Below are positions 1-9,097 of a stretch of DNA of 64,000 nucleotides, one piece after another. Position 1 is the stretch's first letter, and each line of letters starts with the position of its first letter. The DNA lies in contig JAWLHK010000008.1 in NCBI GenBank assembly GCA_041690355.1, positions 7,374-71,373 on the forward strand, written 5' to 3'. Made by a program: the position numbers and the translations under genes. Source of the DNA: a bacterium (GTDB taxonomy: Bacteria > J088 > JAWLBW01). The notes beneath the pieces are model-generated. The model searched no databases, was not told the DNA's origin, and was given only the letters and a program-made list of their open reading frames with translations.

Positions 1-1114
1 ATGCCCGGCTCGAGCGGACGCGACTTGCCGTCGACGCGATAGGCGCCCACGTCGTGCACGTCGAGGCCGAGCCAGTGCCCCGTGCCGTGCATGTAGTACT
101 CGCGGAAGGTCTTGGTCTCCAGCGCTTCGTCGACGCTGCCGCGCAGCACGCCGAGCTCGATCAGGCCTTCCGTGAGAATCCGGCAGGCGAGATCGTGAAT
201 CGCCTCGAGCGTGTTCCCCGGGCGGCACGCGGCCACCGCCGCTTCCTGCGCGCGCAGGACGACCTCGTAGGCGGCCCGCGCCGCGCCCTCGAACCGCTGC
301 CCGACCGGGAACGTGCGCGTGATGTCGCCCGAGTACCCCGCATATTCCGCCCCGGCGTCGATGAGCAGCAGCTGCCCATCCTCCAGGCGCGCGGAATTTT
401 CCACATAGTGCAGAATGGCCGCATTCCCCCCGCCGGCGACAATCGTTCCGTAACCGGGGTACGAGGCGCCGCGACGGCGGAACTCGTACTCGATGGCCGC
501 CTGGATCTCGTATTCGTACATGCCCGGCTTCGTGAGCCGCATGGCCGCCAGATGTCCTTCCGCGGAAATCTCGAACGTCTTCTCGAGGAGCGGAACTTCG
601 TCTGCGGTCTTGAAGAGGCGCATCTCGGCCAGCTTGCGCGTCGGGTCGACCATCTCGACGGGCGCCTCGATCCCCTGACGGCCGCGGGCGCGCAGGCCGG
701 CCACGGTGTCGGTGACGAGCGTGTCGAGCGTGCGGTCGCGGCCGAGGGCGTAGTAGAGCCGCGGCTGGTTTTCGAGCAGCCCCGCGATCCGGTTCGGCCA
801 TTCGCTGAGCGGATAGGCCTCATCGGCCCCGTAGCGTTCCATCGCCCCCTCGGGTCCGATGCGGATGCCGGTCCAGATTTCGCGTTCCCGATCCTTCGGG
901 CGCACGAAGAGCACGAAGGGCTTCGCGTGCCCCGGGCGCAGGACGGCGACGGCGTCGGGTTCGGGAAAGCCGGTCAGGTAGTGGAACCAGCTGTCCTGGC
1001 GGAAGGGGAATTCGGTGTCGTTGCTGCGCGTCACCTCGTGGGCGGCGGGGATGATCACGACTCCGGGGGGCAGGTCGGCCAGAAAGCGTTCGCGGCGGCG
1101 GCGGAAGATGTCCA
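1..1114 (-). CDS. pepP: Xaa-Pro aminopeptidase (M24B), C-terminus runs off window start
   Basis: Reverse-strand translation gives MDIFRRRRERF...YMHGTGHWLGLDVHDVG (M24B His/metal-ligand region); not in ORF track because 3' end lies outside window. Confidence 0.8.
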
Positions 1115-1469
1115 TGGAGATCATTGTACCGTGCCGAGGTCTTCGGACGCCGGACGTCGGACGCCGGTGAAGCAAGGTCCCAGCCCCCACCCCGTGAATC
1201 CTGTGCTGCGGGACTTCCCCCAAGGCGAAGTGAGCAGGCAACTCATGGTGTTCCCGATGATCACCGGCTATGGGGACGACCCCAGCGGGGTCGCATTTTT
1301 GAGACGCGCCGGGTCGCGCGGAATCGTTTCTCCCTGGGCTCGGAAGCGCCGGAACCGGCGCGCGCGAGCCGTCCTTCGCGTGCACGGCCAGACTCCGCCG
1401 GATATCCGCACCGGACGTCTGTCGGATACCCAACGAGGCGGCAGGGTGGCCTCGAATCGCGAACGGAAT

Positions 1470-2840
1470 TTACGTGCTGCGCGGACCCACCCAGACCTGC
1501 TGCACGTTGACGAATGCGCGGATGCCGTGCGGACCCAGTTCGCGCCCGTACCCCGACCGCTTGACGCCGCCGCTCGGCAGGCGCGGATCGGTCTTCACGA
1601 TCCCGTTCACGGCCACCTGACCGGCGGCGATCTCGCGCGCCAGGGCCTCTCCGCGTGCCGCGGTCGTCCACACGCTGGCGCCGAGGCCGTACGGCGTGTC
1701 GTTCGCGAGCCGCAACGCGTCTTCGGCATCCTCGGCGCGCAGGACGACGCCGACGGGACCGAAGGTCTCTTCGGTGCAGGCGATCATGCCCGGGCGCACG
1801 TCGGCGAGCAGCGTGACCGGATAGAAGAAGCCGGGTCCCTCCGGAAGCGTTCCGCCGAGCACGCAGCGGGCGCCCTGGTCGATCGTGGCGCGCACCTGGC
1901 GGTGCAGGTTGTCGCGCAGGTCCGCGCGGGCAATCGGGCCGACGTCGGTTTCCTCGTCTGCCGGGTCGCCCACCTTGAGCGCGGCAAGGCGCGCGCGCAG
2001 GCGGTCGACCATGTCGTCGTAGACGGGCGCTTCGACGATGACGCGCTTGGCGGCGATGCAGGACTGGCCGGCGTTGATCATGCGCATGGTCGCGATGGCC
2101 TCGGCCGCGGCGTCGAGGTCGGCGTCGGCCAGGACAATAGCCGGATCGGATCCGCCGAGCTCGAGGACGGCCGGCTTGATCTCCGCCGCCGCCAGGGCCG
2201 CCACGGTCGCGCCCGCCCGGCTCGATCCCGTGAAGGAGACCGCCTGCACGCGCGGATCGCGGATGACGGCGGCCACATCCGGGGTCTCGATGGCCAGGTT
2301 CCGGAAGATCCCCTCCGGGGCGCCGACGGCCGCGAACAGGTCGGCAATGGCGCGCGCGCAGCCGGGCACGTGCGGGTCGTGCTTCATGAGGCACGTGTTC
2401 CCCGCCATGAGCGCCGGCGCGGCAAAGCGAAAGGCGAGCCAGAACGGCGCGTTCCACGGCAGGATGCCGAGCACGGGACCCAGCGGCAGATACTGCACGT
2501 AGCTGCGGGCGGCATCGGAGGCGATGAACTCGGTGGCCAGATACGCTTCCGCATGATCCGCATAGTGCTCGGCGCACCAGGCTGCCTTGAGCACCTCGGC
2601 GCGCGCCTCGCGGATCGGCTTGCCCATCTCCTGCGTCATGAGAGGCGCCAGCGACTCGACCTCTTCCCGCATGCGCGCCGCCACCCGCCGCAGGACGCCG
2701 CCGCGCGCGGCAAAGGAGGCTTTCCGCCAGTCCCCCCAGGCGCCTTGCGCGGCGGCGAGGCTCTTCTCGACGGCATCCGGTCCGTCGGGCTCAACCTTGC
2801 GGACGATCGCGTCAGTGCTCGGGTCGATCACGGTCAGCAT
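1470..2840 (-). CDS. NAD(P)-dependent aldehyde dehydrogenase (succinate-/aspartate-semialdehyde DH-like; candidate DoeC-type)
   Basis: ALDH family motifs (ELGGSDP, GQSCIAAKR, EETFGPV); start MLTVIDP at 2840 preceded by AAGGAGAG SD; overlaps upstream gene stop. Confidence 0.85.
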   Translation of the reverse strand: MLTVIDPSTDAIVRKVEPDGPDAVEKSLAAAQGAWGDWRKASFAARGGVLRRVAARMREEVESLAPLMTQEMGKPIREARAEVLKAAWCAEHYADHAEAYLATEFIASDAARSYVQYLPLGPVLGILPWNAPFWLAFRFAAPALMAGNTCLMKHDPHVPGCARAIADLFAAVGAPEGIFRNLAIETPDVAAVIRDPRVQAVSFTGSSRAGATVAALAAAEIKPAVLELGGSDPAIVLADADLDAAAEAIATMRMINAGQSCIAAKRVIVEAPVYDDMVDRLRARLAALKVGDPADEETDVGPIARADLRDNLHRQVRATIDQGARCVLGGTLPEGPGFFYPVTLLADVRPGMIACTEETFGPVGVVLRAEDAEDALRLANDTPYGLGASVWTTAARGEALAREIAAGQVAVNGIVKTDPRLPSGGVKRSGYGRELGPHGIRAFVNVQQVWVGPRST

Positions 2841-4080
2841 GATGCGCCTCTCCTTTCCACGGCGGTTCCTGCGTGTCGGCCCGCGTGTGTCCGGGGGCGC
2901 CGACGGCTTCCGCTTCGGCACGTTTGACCGTGAATTCGCGGTCCAGGCTGAAGAAGGATTCGCAGCCGTTCGCCGTTACGAACACCGTGTCGGAGATGCC
3001 GCACGTCTTGTCGCCGTCGACCCCCCACATCCACGGAATGATGTGCATGGTCATCCCCTCTTCGAGCACGGTCGGATCCCCCTGCTTCAGGCTGAGCATG
3101 TACCCCTCGTCCCAGCTGGGGGGAAAAGCGATGCCGATGGAGTACCCGGAACGGGTGATGAGATGGGCGCCGACGTCGTTGTCTTCGATGATGTCGCGCA
3201 CGATGTTGTCGGCGTCGGAGACCGTCAGCCCGGGGCGGATGTACCGCTCGACCTCCTGCAGCGCGAGCATCATGCGGTCCTGGGCCTTGCGCATCGACGG
3301 CGACAGTTCATCGAGGACGACGGTGCGCATCATCGCCGTGTGATAGCGGCGGTAGCATCCGGCGACCTCGAGAAATACGTGTTCTCCCGGCTGCGCCGCC
3401 CGCCCCTCCCACGTCGCGTGGCCGATCATCGTGCGCGGCCCCGAGGTGACGTAGGGCATGACGGCCGGCGCCTCGCCCCCCGCGCGGAACATGGCGGCGC
3501 TCACGGCGGCGGCGATCTCGTTCTCGGTCGCGCCGGCACGGCAGGCCGCGATCCCCGCCCGCATTCCTTCTTCCGTGGCCGCGGCCGCCTTGCGCAGGAC
3601 GGCGATCTCGGCGGGCGACTTGCGGATGCGCCCCTGCTCGACGATGCCGAAGCAGTCGAGCAGCCGGCCGTCGCTGAACGTGGTGTGGAAGCGATCCTGC
3701 AGATAGGCGGGAAAGAAATAACTGTTCCGCTCGTAGCCGATGTTGCGGCCGGCCAAGCCAAATTCGTGAAGCGAAGAAACGAGCATCTGAATGGCGTCGC
3801 CCGTATCCCAGTACGGCCGCGTGCGGTCGACCCAGGTGCGCGCGTGAACGTTCGACTCCTCCATCTTGCGCGTGATCATGAACGGCTCGTCGTCGAGCGG
3901 CACGACGAGCGCCTGGAAGAAGCTGTATCCGGTCGTCTGGTAATCCGTCAGATAGAGCAGATTCTCGGGATCGCTGATGATGACGGCGTCGAGCAGGCGC
4001 CTTGCCATGCGCTCCCGTAGTTCCCCCAGGCGCCGCTCGTACTCGGCGAAGGGGAAGGTCATGTCGTCGCGCCGTTTCAT
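2812..4080 (-). CDS. M24 family creatinase/Xaa-Pro dipeptidase-like hydrolase (candidate ectoine-hydrolase DoeA-like)
   Basis: Creatinase N-terminal-like region plus M24 metal-ligand region (HxxGxxxGxxxHE-like, MHIIPW); 4-nt overlap with upstream aminotransferase stop. Confidence 0.75.
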   Translation of the reverse strand: MKRRDDMTFPFAEYERRLGELRERMARRLLDAVIISDPENLLYLTDYQTTGYSFFQALVVPLDDEPFMITRKMEESNVHARTWVDRTRPYWDTGDAIQMLVSSLHEFGLAGRNIGYERNSYFFPAYLQDRFHTTFSDGRLLDCFGIVEQGRIRKSPAEIAVLRKAAAATEEGMRAGIAACRAGATENEIAAAVSAAMFRAGGEAPAVMPYVTSGPRTMIGHATWEGRAAQPGEHVFLEVAGCYRRYHTAMMRTVVLDELSPSMRKAQDRMMLALQEVERYIRPGLTVSDADNIVRDIIEDNDVGAHLITRSGYSIGIAFPPSWDEGYMLSLKQGDPTVLEEGMTMHIIPWMWGVDGDKTCGISDTVFVTANGCESFFSLDREFTVKRAEAEAVGAPGHTRADTQEPPWKGEAHHADRDRPEH

Positions 4081-5333
4081 ACCGAGGCGAGCGTCCTCTC
4101 CACGGCGCGATCGAGGATGTCGAGGCCGGCCTCCAGGTCCGCATCGGGGATGGTCAGGGGCGGAATCAGCTTCAGCACGCGGCCGCCCGATCCGCAGGGG
4201 CCGAGGAGCAGACCGTGCTCGAAGCAGTCGGCGGCGACGGCCTTCGCCAACGCCCCCTCGCCCATGTCGAGCGCCTGGACCATCCCGCGTCCCCGCACGT
4301 CAAGATGCCGATCTTCGTGGCGTTCCGCTATCCGGCGGAGCTGGTTGGCCATCTTCTCTCCTTTGGCGCGCACTTCGGCCATGAAGGTGCCGTCTTCGAA
4401 GTAGCGCAGGGCTTCGCGGCCGGCCACGAAGGAGAACCCCTGTCCGCGGAAGGTGCCCGTGTGCTCGCCGGGCGACCACACGTCGTACTCGGGAGCGACG
4501 AGATTCATGGCGAGCGGCGTGCCGAATCCGCCGATCCCCTTGGCGAGGCAGACGATGTCGGGCGAAAGATCCATGCCGTCGAAGCTGAAGTACGAGCCGG
4601 TGCGCCCGCAGCCGGCCTGAATGTCGTCGATGATGAACAGCGCTTTCTGCTCGCGGGCGATGGCGCGCACCTCGCGCAGCCATTTCACGGAGGCGACGTT
4701 GACCCCTCCTTCGGCCTGAATCGTCTCGAGGAGGAAGGCGGCGGGCGCTTCGATGCCGCTCGACGGATCGGCCAGGGTCGCGCGCAGTTCGCGCAGGGAG
4801 TCCATGCCGCCGCCCGGCGTGTTCTCGAAGGGGACGCGATAAACGTGCTCGAGCGGAACGCCGGCAGCGTTGCGGAAGTATTCGTTGGCCGTGCACGCGA
4901 GGGCGCCCAGGGTCATGCCGTGAAAGCCGTGGGTGAAGGCGACCACGCGCGTGCGCCCGGTGACCTTGCGCGCGAGCTTGAGTGCCGCCTCGACGGCATT
5001 GGTGCCGGTCGGTCCCGTGAACTGCAGCTTGTGCTTCATGCCCCGCGGCGCGAGGATGGTCTCGACGAACGCGCGGATGAATTCCGCCTTCACGGTCGTG
5101 GCCATGTCGAGGCTGTGGGCGATGCCGTCGCGCTCGAGAAACTCGATGAGGGCCTTCTTCATCCGCGGATGGTTGTGGCCGAAGTTAAGCACGCCGGCCC
5201 CCGCGAAGAAATCGAGGTACTCGCGGCCGTGCACGTCGGTCTGGCGCGCGTTGGAGGCCGAGGCGAACACGGTGGGATAACTTCGCGAATAGCCGCGGAT
5301 ATCCGACTCCCAGGTCTCGAAGATGTCCATCAT
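4077..5333 (-). CDS. Class-III aminotransferase, diaminobutyrate--2-oxoglutarate transaminase-like (EctB/DoeD-like)
   Basis: N-terminus MMDIFETWESDIRGYSRSYPTVF closely resembles EctB/DoeD N-termini; PLP-lysine region present; true start MMDIF at about 5333, 4-nt overlap with the M20 gene stop. Confidence 0.8.
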   Translation of the reverse strand: MMDIFETWESDIRGYSRSYPTVFASASNARQTDVHGREYLDFFAGAGVLNFGHNHPRMKKALIEFLERDGIAHSLDMATTVKAEFIRAFVETILAPRGMKHKLQFTGPTGTNAVEAALKLARKVTGRTRVVAFTHGFHGMTLGALACTANEYFRNAAGVPLEHVYRVPFENTPGGGMDSLRELRATLADPSSGIEAPAAFLLETIQAEGGVNVASVKWLREVRAIAREQKALFIIDDIQAGCGRTGSYFSFDGMDLSPDIVCLAKGIGGFGTPLAMNLVAPEYDVWSPGEHTGTFRGQGFSFVAGREALRYFEDGTFMAEVRAKGEKMANQLRRIAERHEDRHLDVRGRGMVQALDMGEGALAKAVAADCFEHGLLLGPCGSGGRVLKLIPPLTIPDADLEAGLDILDRAVERTLASV

Positions 5334-6514
5334 CGTGTGCCTCCTGAACGGGTCACGGCCTCTTCTCCCTCGGCTTCCGCGTGGGGAACCGGCGCGCCGG
5401 CCAGTTGCGCGAGGATGCGAACGGCGAGGGGAAGAAGGCGATCGTTGAAGTCGTAGTGCGGGCTGTGGCAGGGCGCGTCGTCCCCCTGGCCGAGGCCCGA
5501 GCCGAGCAGCGCGAACGCCCCCGGAATCCGCTTGAGGTATTCGCTGAAGTCCTCGGAGGCCATGAGGGGAACCGGCTGGCCCGCGGGTTGCCACGCTTCC
5601 CCCAGTTCCCCCGCGAGAACGGAGCGGTACCTGGCGGCTTCCCCGGCATGGTTCACCGTCGCGTCGTAGCGGCGCTCGACGGCGACCTCGGCCGCGACGC
5701 CGTAGCCGGCGGCCGTGGCGGCGCTGATGGTGCGGATGTGTTCGAAGAGCCGGTCGCGGTCGGCCGTGTTGCCGACGCGGATGCTGCCGCCTACCCGGGC
5801 TTCTCCCGGCGTGATCGTGGGCGCGCCGCCCGCCTCGAGCGTGGTTACGCTGACGACCGCGGAGTCCTGCGGGCGCATGCGGCGGCTGACGATCTGCTGC
5901 AGGGCCAGGGTGACGGCGGCGGCGGCGAGCACCGGATCGCGGCAGAGTTCGGGCTGGCTGGCATGACCGCCGGCGCCGCGCAGGGTGATGGCGAACGTAC
6001 CGTTGGCGCAGAGCACGGGTCCGTCGGGGCAGACGGCCTGGCCGAAGGGGATGGCGGGCCAGTTGTGCCAGCCGTAGATCGCCTGCACACCGTCGAGGGC
6101 GCCGTCATCGATCATGCGGCGCGCGCCATGCCCCCCTTCTTCGGCGGGCTGAAAAACGAGGGTCACGGGGCCGGGCAGCGCTTCTTCGTTTCCCTTGAGC
6201 CAACGCGCGGCCGCGAGGAGGGCCGCCAGGTGACCGTCGTGTCCGCAGGCGTGCATGCGACCGGGGTGCCCCGAGGTCCAGGGGAGCCCGGTCGCCTCGG
6301 TGAGCGGAAGCGCGTCCATGTCGGCCCGCAGCGCGATGGATCGCCCCGGTGCTCGCGGCGCCAGAATGCCGACCGTTCCCGTACGGGCGCAGGCGTGCCA
6401 GGGGATCCCCGCGTCCTCGAGTTCCCGGCGCACGAAGGCGGCGGTCTCGGTCTCCTGCCAGGCGAGCTCGGGGCGTTGGTGCAGGTGGCGGCGCATGCGG
6501 ACGGCCGCATCCAT
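5330..6514 (-). CDS. M20 family amidohydrolase (N-acyl-amino-acid deacylase / hippurate hydrolase family)
   Basis: M20D signature (RRHLHQRPEL, HACGHD, metal-binding residues); probable start MDAAVRMRR. Confidence 0.8.
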   Translation of the reverse strand: MDAAVRMRRHLHQRPELAWQETETAAFVRRELEDAGIPWHACARTGTVGILAPRAPGRSIALRADMDALPLTEATGLPWTSGHPGRMHACGHDGHLAALLAAARWLKGNEEALPGPVTLVFQPAEEGGHGARRMIDDGALDGVQAIYGWHNWPAIPFGQAVCPDGPVLCANGTFAITLRGAGGHASQPELCRDPVLAAAAVTLALQQIVSRRMRPQDSAVVSVTTLEAGGAPTITPGEARVGGSIRVGNTADRDRLFEHIRTISAATAAGYGVAAEVAVERRYDATVNHAGEAARYRSVLAGELGEAWQPAGQPVPLMASEDFSEYLKRIPGAFALLGSGLGQGDDAPCHSPHYDFNDRLLPLAVRILAQLAGAPVPHAEAEGEEAVTRSGGTR

Positions 6515-6594
6515 CAGGTTGTTCCAGCCCTTGTTCACGATGGCCGTGGCTTTCTCTTCGTTCTCCCTTTCGATGCTGCGTGCATTCTAGGGCA

Positions 6595-6735
6595 GCGGCG
6601 GGCGGGCGTACAGGGGGGGGGATCGGACGTCGGACTTCGGACGTCGGACGTCGGTTCGGCAAGGGCCAGGCAAGGACGTCTCACGCGGAGACGCGGAGCC
6701 GCGGAGAGGAAGGACCGGCAAGGACCTTCTCGACC
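6595..6735. repeat. Intergenic composite repeat: (TCGGACG)n ... (CGCGGAG)n AGGAAGGACCGGCAAGGACC
   Basis: Direct reading; partial copy at 1135-1175 and a second copy at 7585-7650. Confidence 0.6.
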
Positions 6736-6992
6736 TCCTCGACCTGTTCCGGCTTCTATGTCGCTCCAGGTGGAATTCGAGATGCTTCCGGCCTGCTTTG
6801 CCCGTGAAAAGGTTTTTGCTTCTCGCCGCGGTCTCCGCGCCTCCGCGTGAAACTGTTCTCATGGCCATGCATCCCATTTGAGCGGCAACTTTCGGGGGAA
6901 CCGACATGCAGCCTTTGGGTTCGGACGTCGACGTGCACTTGTGTTACGCGGCGCGCAAAGCTATGCTGTTCTGTTTGCAAGGAGAACCGGTC

Positions 6993-7514
6993 ATGACCCG
7001 TATCGCTTTGGTGCTTGCGACTATCGTTTCGCTGCTCACGGTTACGCCCGCGGCGGCGCAGAAGCAGGCTGTCGTCGAAGAAGGCAAGCTCGTGCGGGTG
7101 CGCATCACCCAGCCGGTGTCGAGCAACGGTTCGCGGCGAACGACCAAAGCCGTCGTCGATCGGGACGTGGTGCAGAACGGCAAGGTACTCATCCGCAAAG
7201 GCACGCCCGTGAAGCTCAAGGTCTACCGCGAGAAGAGCGAAGGTTGGGGCGCCGGCGGAGAGGTGAAGATCTATGCCCGATCTACCAAGGCGGTCGACGG
7301 CACCAAGATTCCGCTTCGCGGACGTATCAAGGAGATTGGCGCGCGCAACGACGAGATGCTCATCGTCGTGATTATCGGCGCGATTCTGATTCTGCCCCTG
7401 CTGATCCTCGGCTTCTTCATCGAGGGAGAGCCGGCGGTGGTTGAAGAAGACACGGTGCTCAAGGCGCGGGTCGACGAGGAGACGCCGATTCAACTGCCGG
7501 TTCCCCAAAGCTGA
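6993..7514 (+). CDS. Secreted hypothetical protein with N-terminal signal peptide and C-terminal TM helix
   Basis: Start MTRIALVLATIVSLLTVTPAAAQ (signal-like) after AAGGAGAAC SD; flanked on both sides by the same repeat family. Confidence 0.6.
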   Translation: MTRIALVLATIVSLLTVTPAAAQKQAVVEEGKLVRVRITQPVSSNGSRRTTKAVVDRDVVQNGKVLIRKGTPVKLKVYREKSEGWGAGGEVKIYARSTKAVDGTKIPLRGRIKEIGARNDEMLIVVIIGAILILPLLILGFFIEGEPAVVEEDTVLKARVDEETPIQLPVPQS

Positions 7515-7584
7515 TCGGTCTTCGGACGCCCCATCCGCTACGCTGCGGTGGGGGGGGCAATGCGCCGGTTTTCAATAAGGACGA

Positions 7585-7650
7585 AGTACCAGGAAAGGGC
7601 GTCCCACGCGGAGGCGCGGAGGCGCGGAGAGGAATGACCGGCAAGGACCC
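7585..7650. repeat. Second copy of (GCGCGGAG)n AGGAATGACCGGCAAGGACC element
   Basis: Same orientation as the copy at 6690-6735; brackets CDS 6993-7514. Confidence 0.6.
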
Positions 7651-7744
7651 CGTTCACCTGTTCCGGATACACGGTGCAACAGGCGAAACCCGAGTTGCTC
7701 CTGTTCCGCGCTGTGGTGAGACGAGGACCTTCTTGAACGGTTGG

Positions 7745-8899
7745 CTAGGGCGCCGAAGTGACCAGGGCCCGGTAAAGGGCCCCCCAGCACCAGAGCTCGC
7801 CGCCGGACTTGGTGGCACAGTTATAACCGCCCCGCAAGCTGCGTGAGGCGGCGACGGTCTCCCAGGGGCCCCCCGCCACCTTGACCGGGTGCTCGCGCGG
7901 TTCCGTCGTCCCGTCGCCGAGCTCACCGTACGAATTCCACCCCCAGCACCAGACCTCGCCCGCGCTATCCAGAGCGCAGCTATGGCCATCCCCAGCCGAA
8001 ATCCTGCGCCAGTCTTCTTTCTCCGAGAGGAGACGGGGCACTGCGCTGTCCTTGCCCACGCTGGGTGAAAGATTGCCCCAGCAATACAGGCGTCCGTCTG
8101 ATGCAATCCCGCACGTGTAAAAACCACTGGCGGCCAGCTCCCTGAACGTGACCCCCGGAAACATGACCGGACGCGTGACCGGTTCCGTAGAGCCGCTGCC
8201 CATAAGAGATCTCCTCGAGCCCAGACACCACGCCCGTTGCGCGGGATCCAGGGCGCATGCATGCAACGCGCCAGCCGTGAGGCTGCTCCATCCGGCCGGT
8301 TCGGTTACCGGCTCGGGAGATTCCTGATTGGGCAGGAAAGAGCCCCAGCACGACCAGACCCCCTGCGGGTTCGTCATGCAGGCGATCCGCTCGCCGATCG
8401 CCAGAGCGCTCATGGGCTCTTTCTCCCATGCATGCGCAACCCATGGCGTCGGTTCGTCACCGAACCACGGCCACTTCGTGAAAAGCTCTTCTCCCCAGCA
8501 CTCGAGCCTTGACGCCCCGAAGGCACAGTCGTTTGTCGCGCTGTGCGTGAGCGAGTCCGAAAGGTCTGTTACCTTCCGGGGCTCGACGGCAAAAGCATTC
8601 GTGTCGTCGACCCCGAGGCCATAGACTCTGTTACTGCCCAGACACCAGACGCCCCCGCTGCCTCTTGTGCCGCAGAGGTGAAAGATGGAGGGTGCGAGGA
8701 TCCGCCAGTCCGTGACCATACCTATCCGCACCGGGGTAAGGTAGTACTCCACCGTATGGTCAACCCGTTCGGTCTGCACGGCTTGCGAACCGCAGCCGGC
8801 AACTGCGACGACGAGAAGTGCCAGGCAGAGTCTGGCTTTCCACAGAATCGGTAGTGTAGTGAACCGAGCCGTTGCCGACCGAAGAATCGTGGGAGTCAT
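7745..8899 (-). CDS. RCC1-repeat (regulator of chromosome condensation-like beta-propeller) lipoprotein
   Basis: Repeated CWG(W)N..GELGDG-type RCC1 motifs (CWGWNSYGELGDG); lipobox AGCGS near N-terminus. Confidence 0.7.
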   Translation of the reverse strand: MTPTILRSATARFTTLPILWKARLCLALLVVAVAGCGSQAVQTERVDHTVEYYLTPVRIGMVTDWRILAPSIFHLCGTRGSGGVWCLGSNRVYGLGVDDTNAFAVEPRKVTDLSDSLTHSATNDCAFGASRLECWGEELFTKWPWFGDEPTPWVAHAWEKEPMSALAIGERIACMTNPQGVWSCWGSFLPNQESPEPVTEPAGWSSLTAGALHACALDPAQRAWCLGSRRSLMGSGSTEPVTRPVMFPGVTFRELAASGFYTCGIASDGRLYCWGNLSPSVGKDSAVPRLLSEKEDWRRISAGDGHSCALDSAGEVWCWGWNSYGELGDGTTEPREHPVKVAGGPWETVAASRSLRGGYNCATKSGGELWCWGALYRALVTSAP

Positions 8900-9097
8900 T
8901 AGCAGGCCGCCCAGTTTTTGGTGGACGTGTCTTGTCTGAGCGATGCGCTCATCTGGACGACACGCTACCCCATTTCGGCGATATCCGCAACCGACCGCAG
9001 GGGGCCCATAGGACTAGAGATCGACGCAATTGGCCCGGGTTTGCCCTTGCTTCGTCCCCCACTCTCCCCCTCCCCCACTCCCCCCTTCCTGCGCGAG

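Noticed and set aside
54-2927. 957-aa plus-strand ORF
   Set aside because: Antisense to two well-supported minus-strand genes (pepP, aldehyde dehydrogenase). Low-complexity Arg/Ala/Gly-rich translation typical of high-GC antisense frames. No motifs.
4077-4080. One-nucleotide discrepancy between my hand-counted coordinates and the ORF-track boundaries near 4.08 kb
   Set aside because: Likely my counting error. ORF-track boundaries are used for CDS ends, and hand-derived coordinates for tRNAs, repeats and small ORFs should be treated as plus or minus 1-2 nt.
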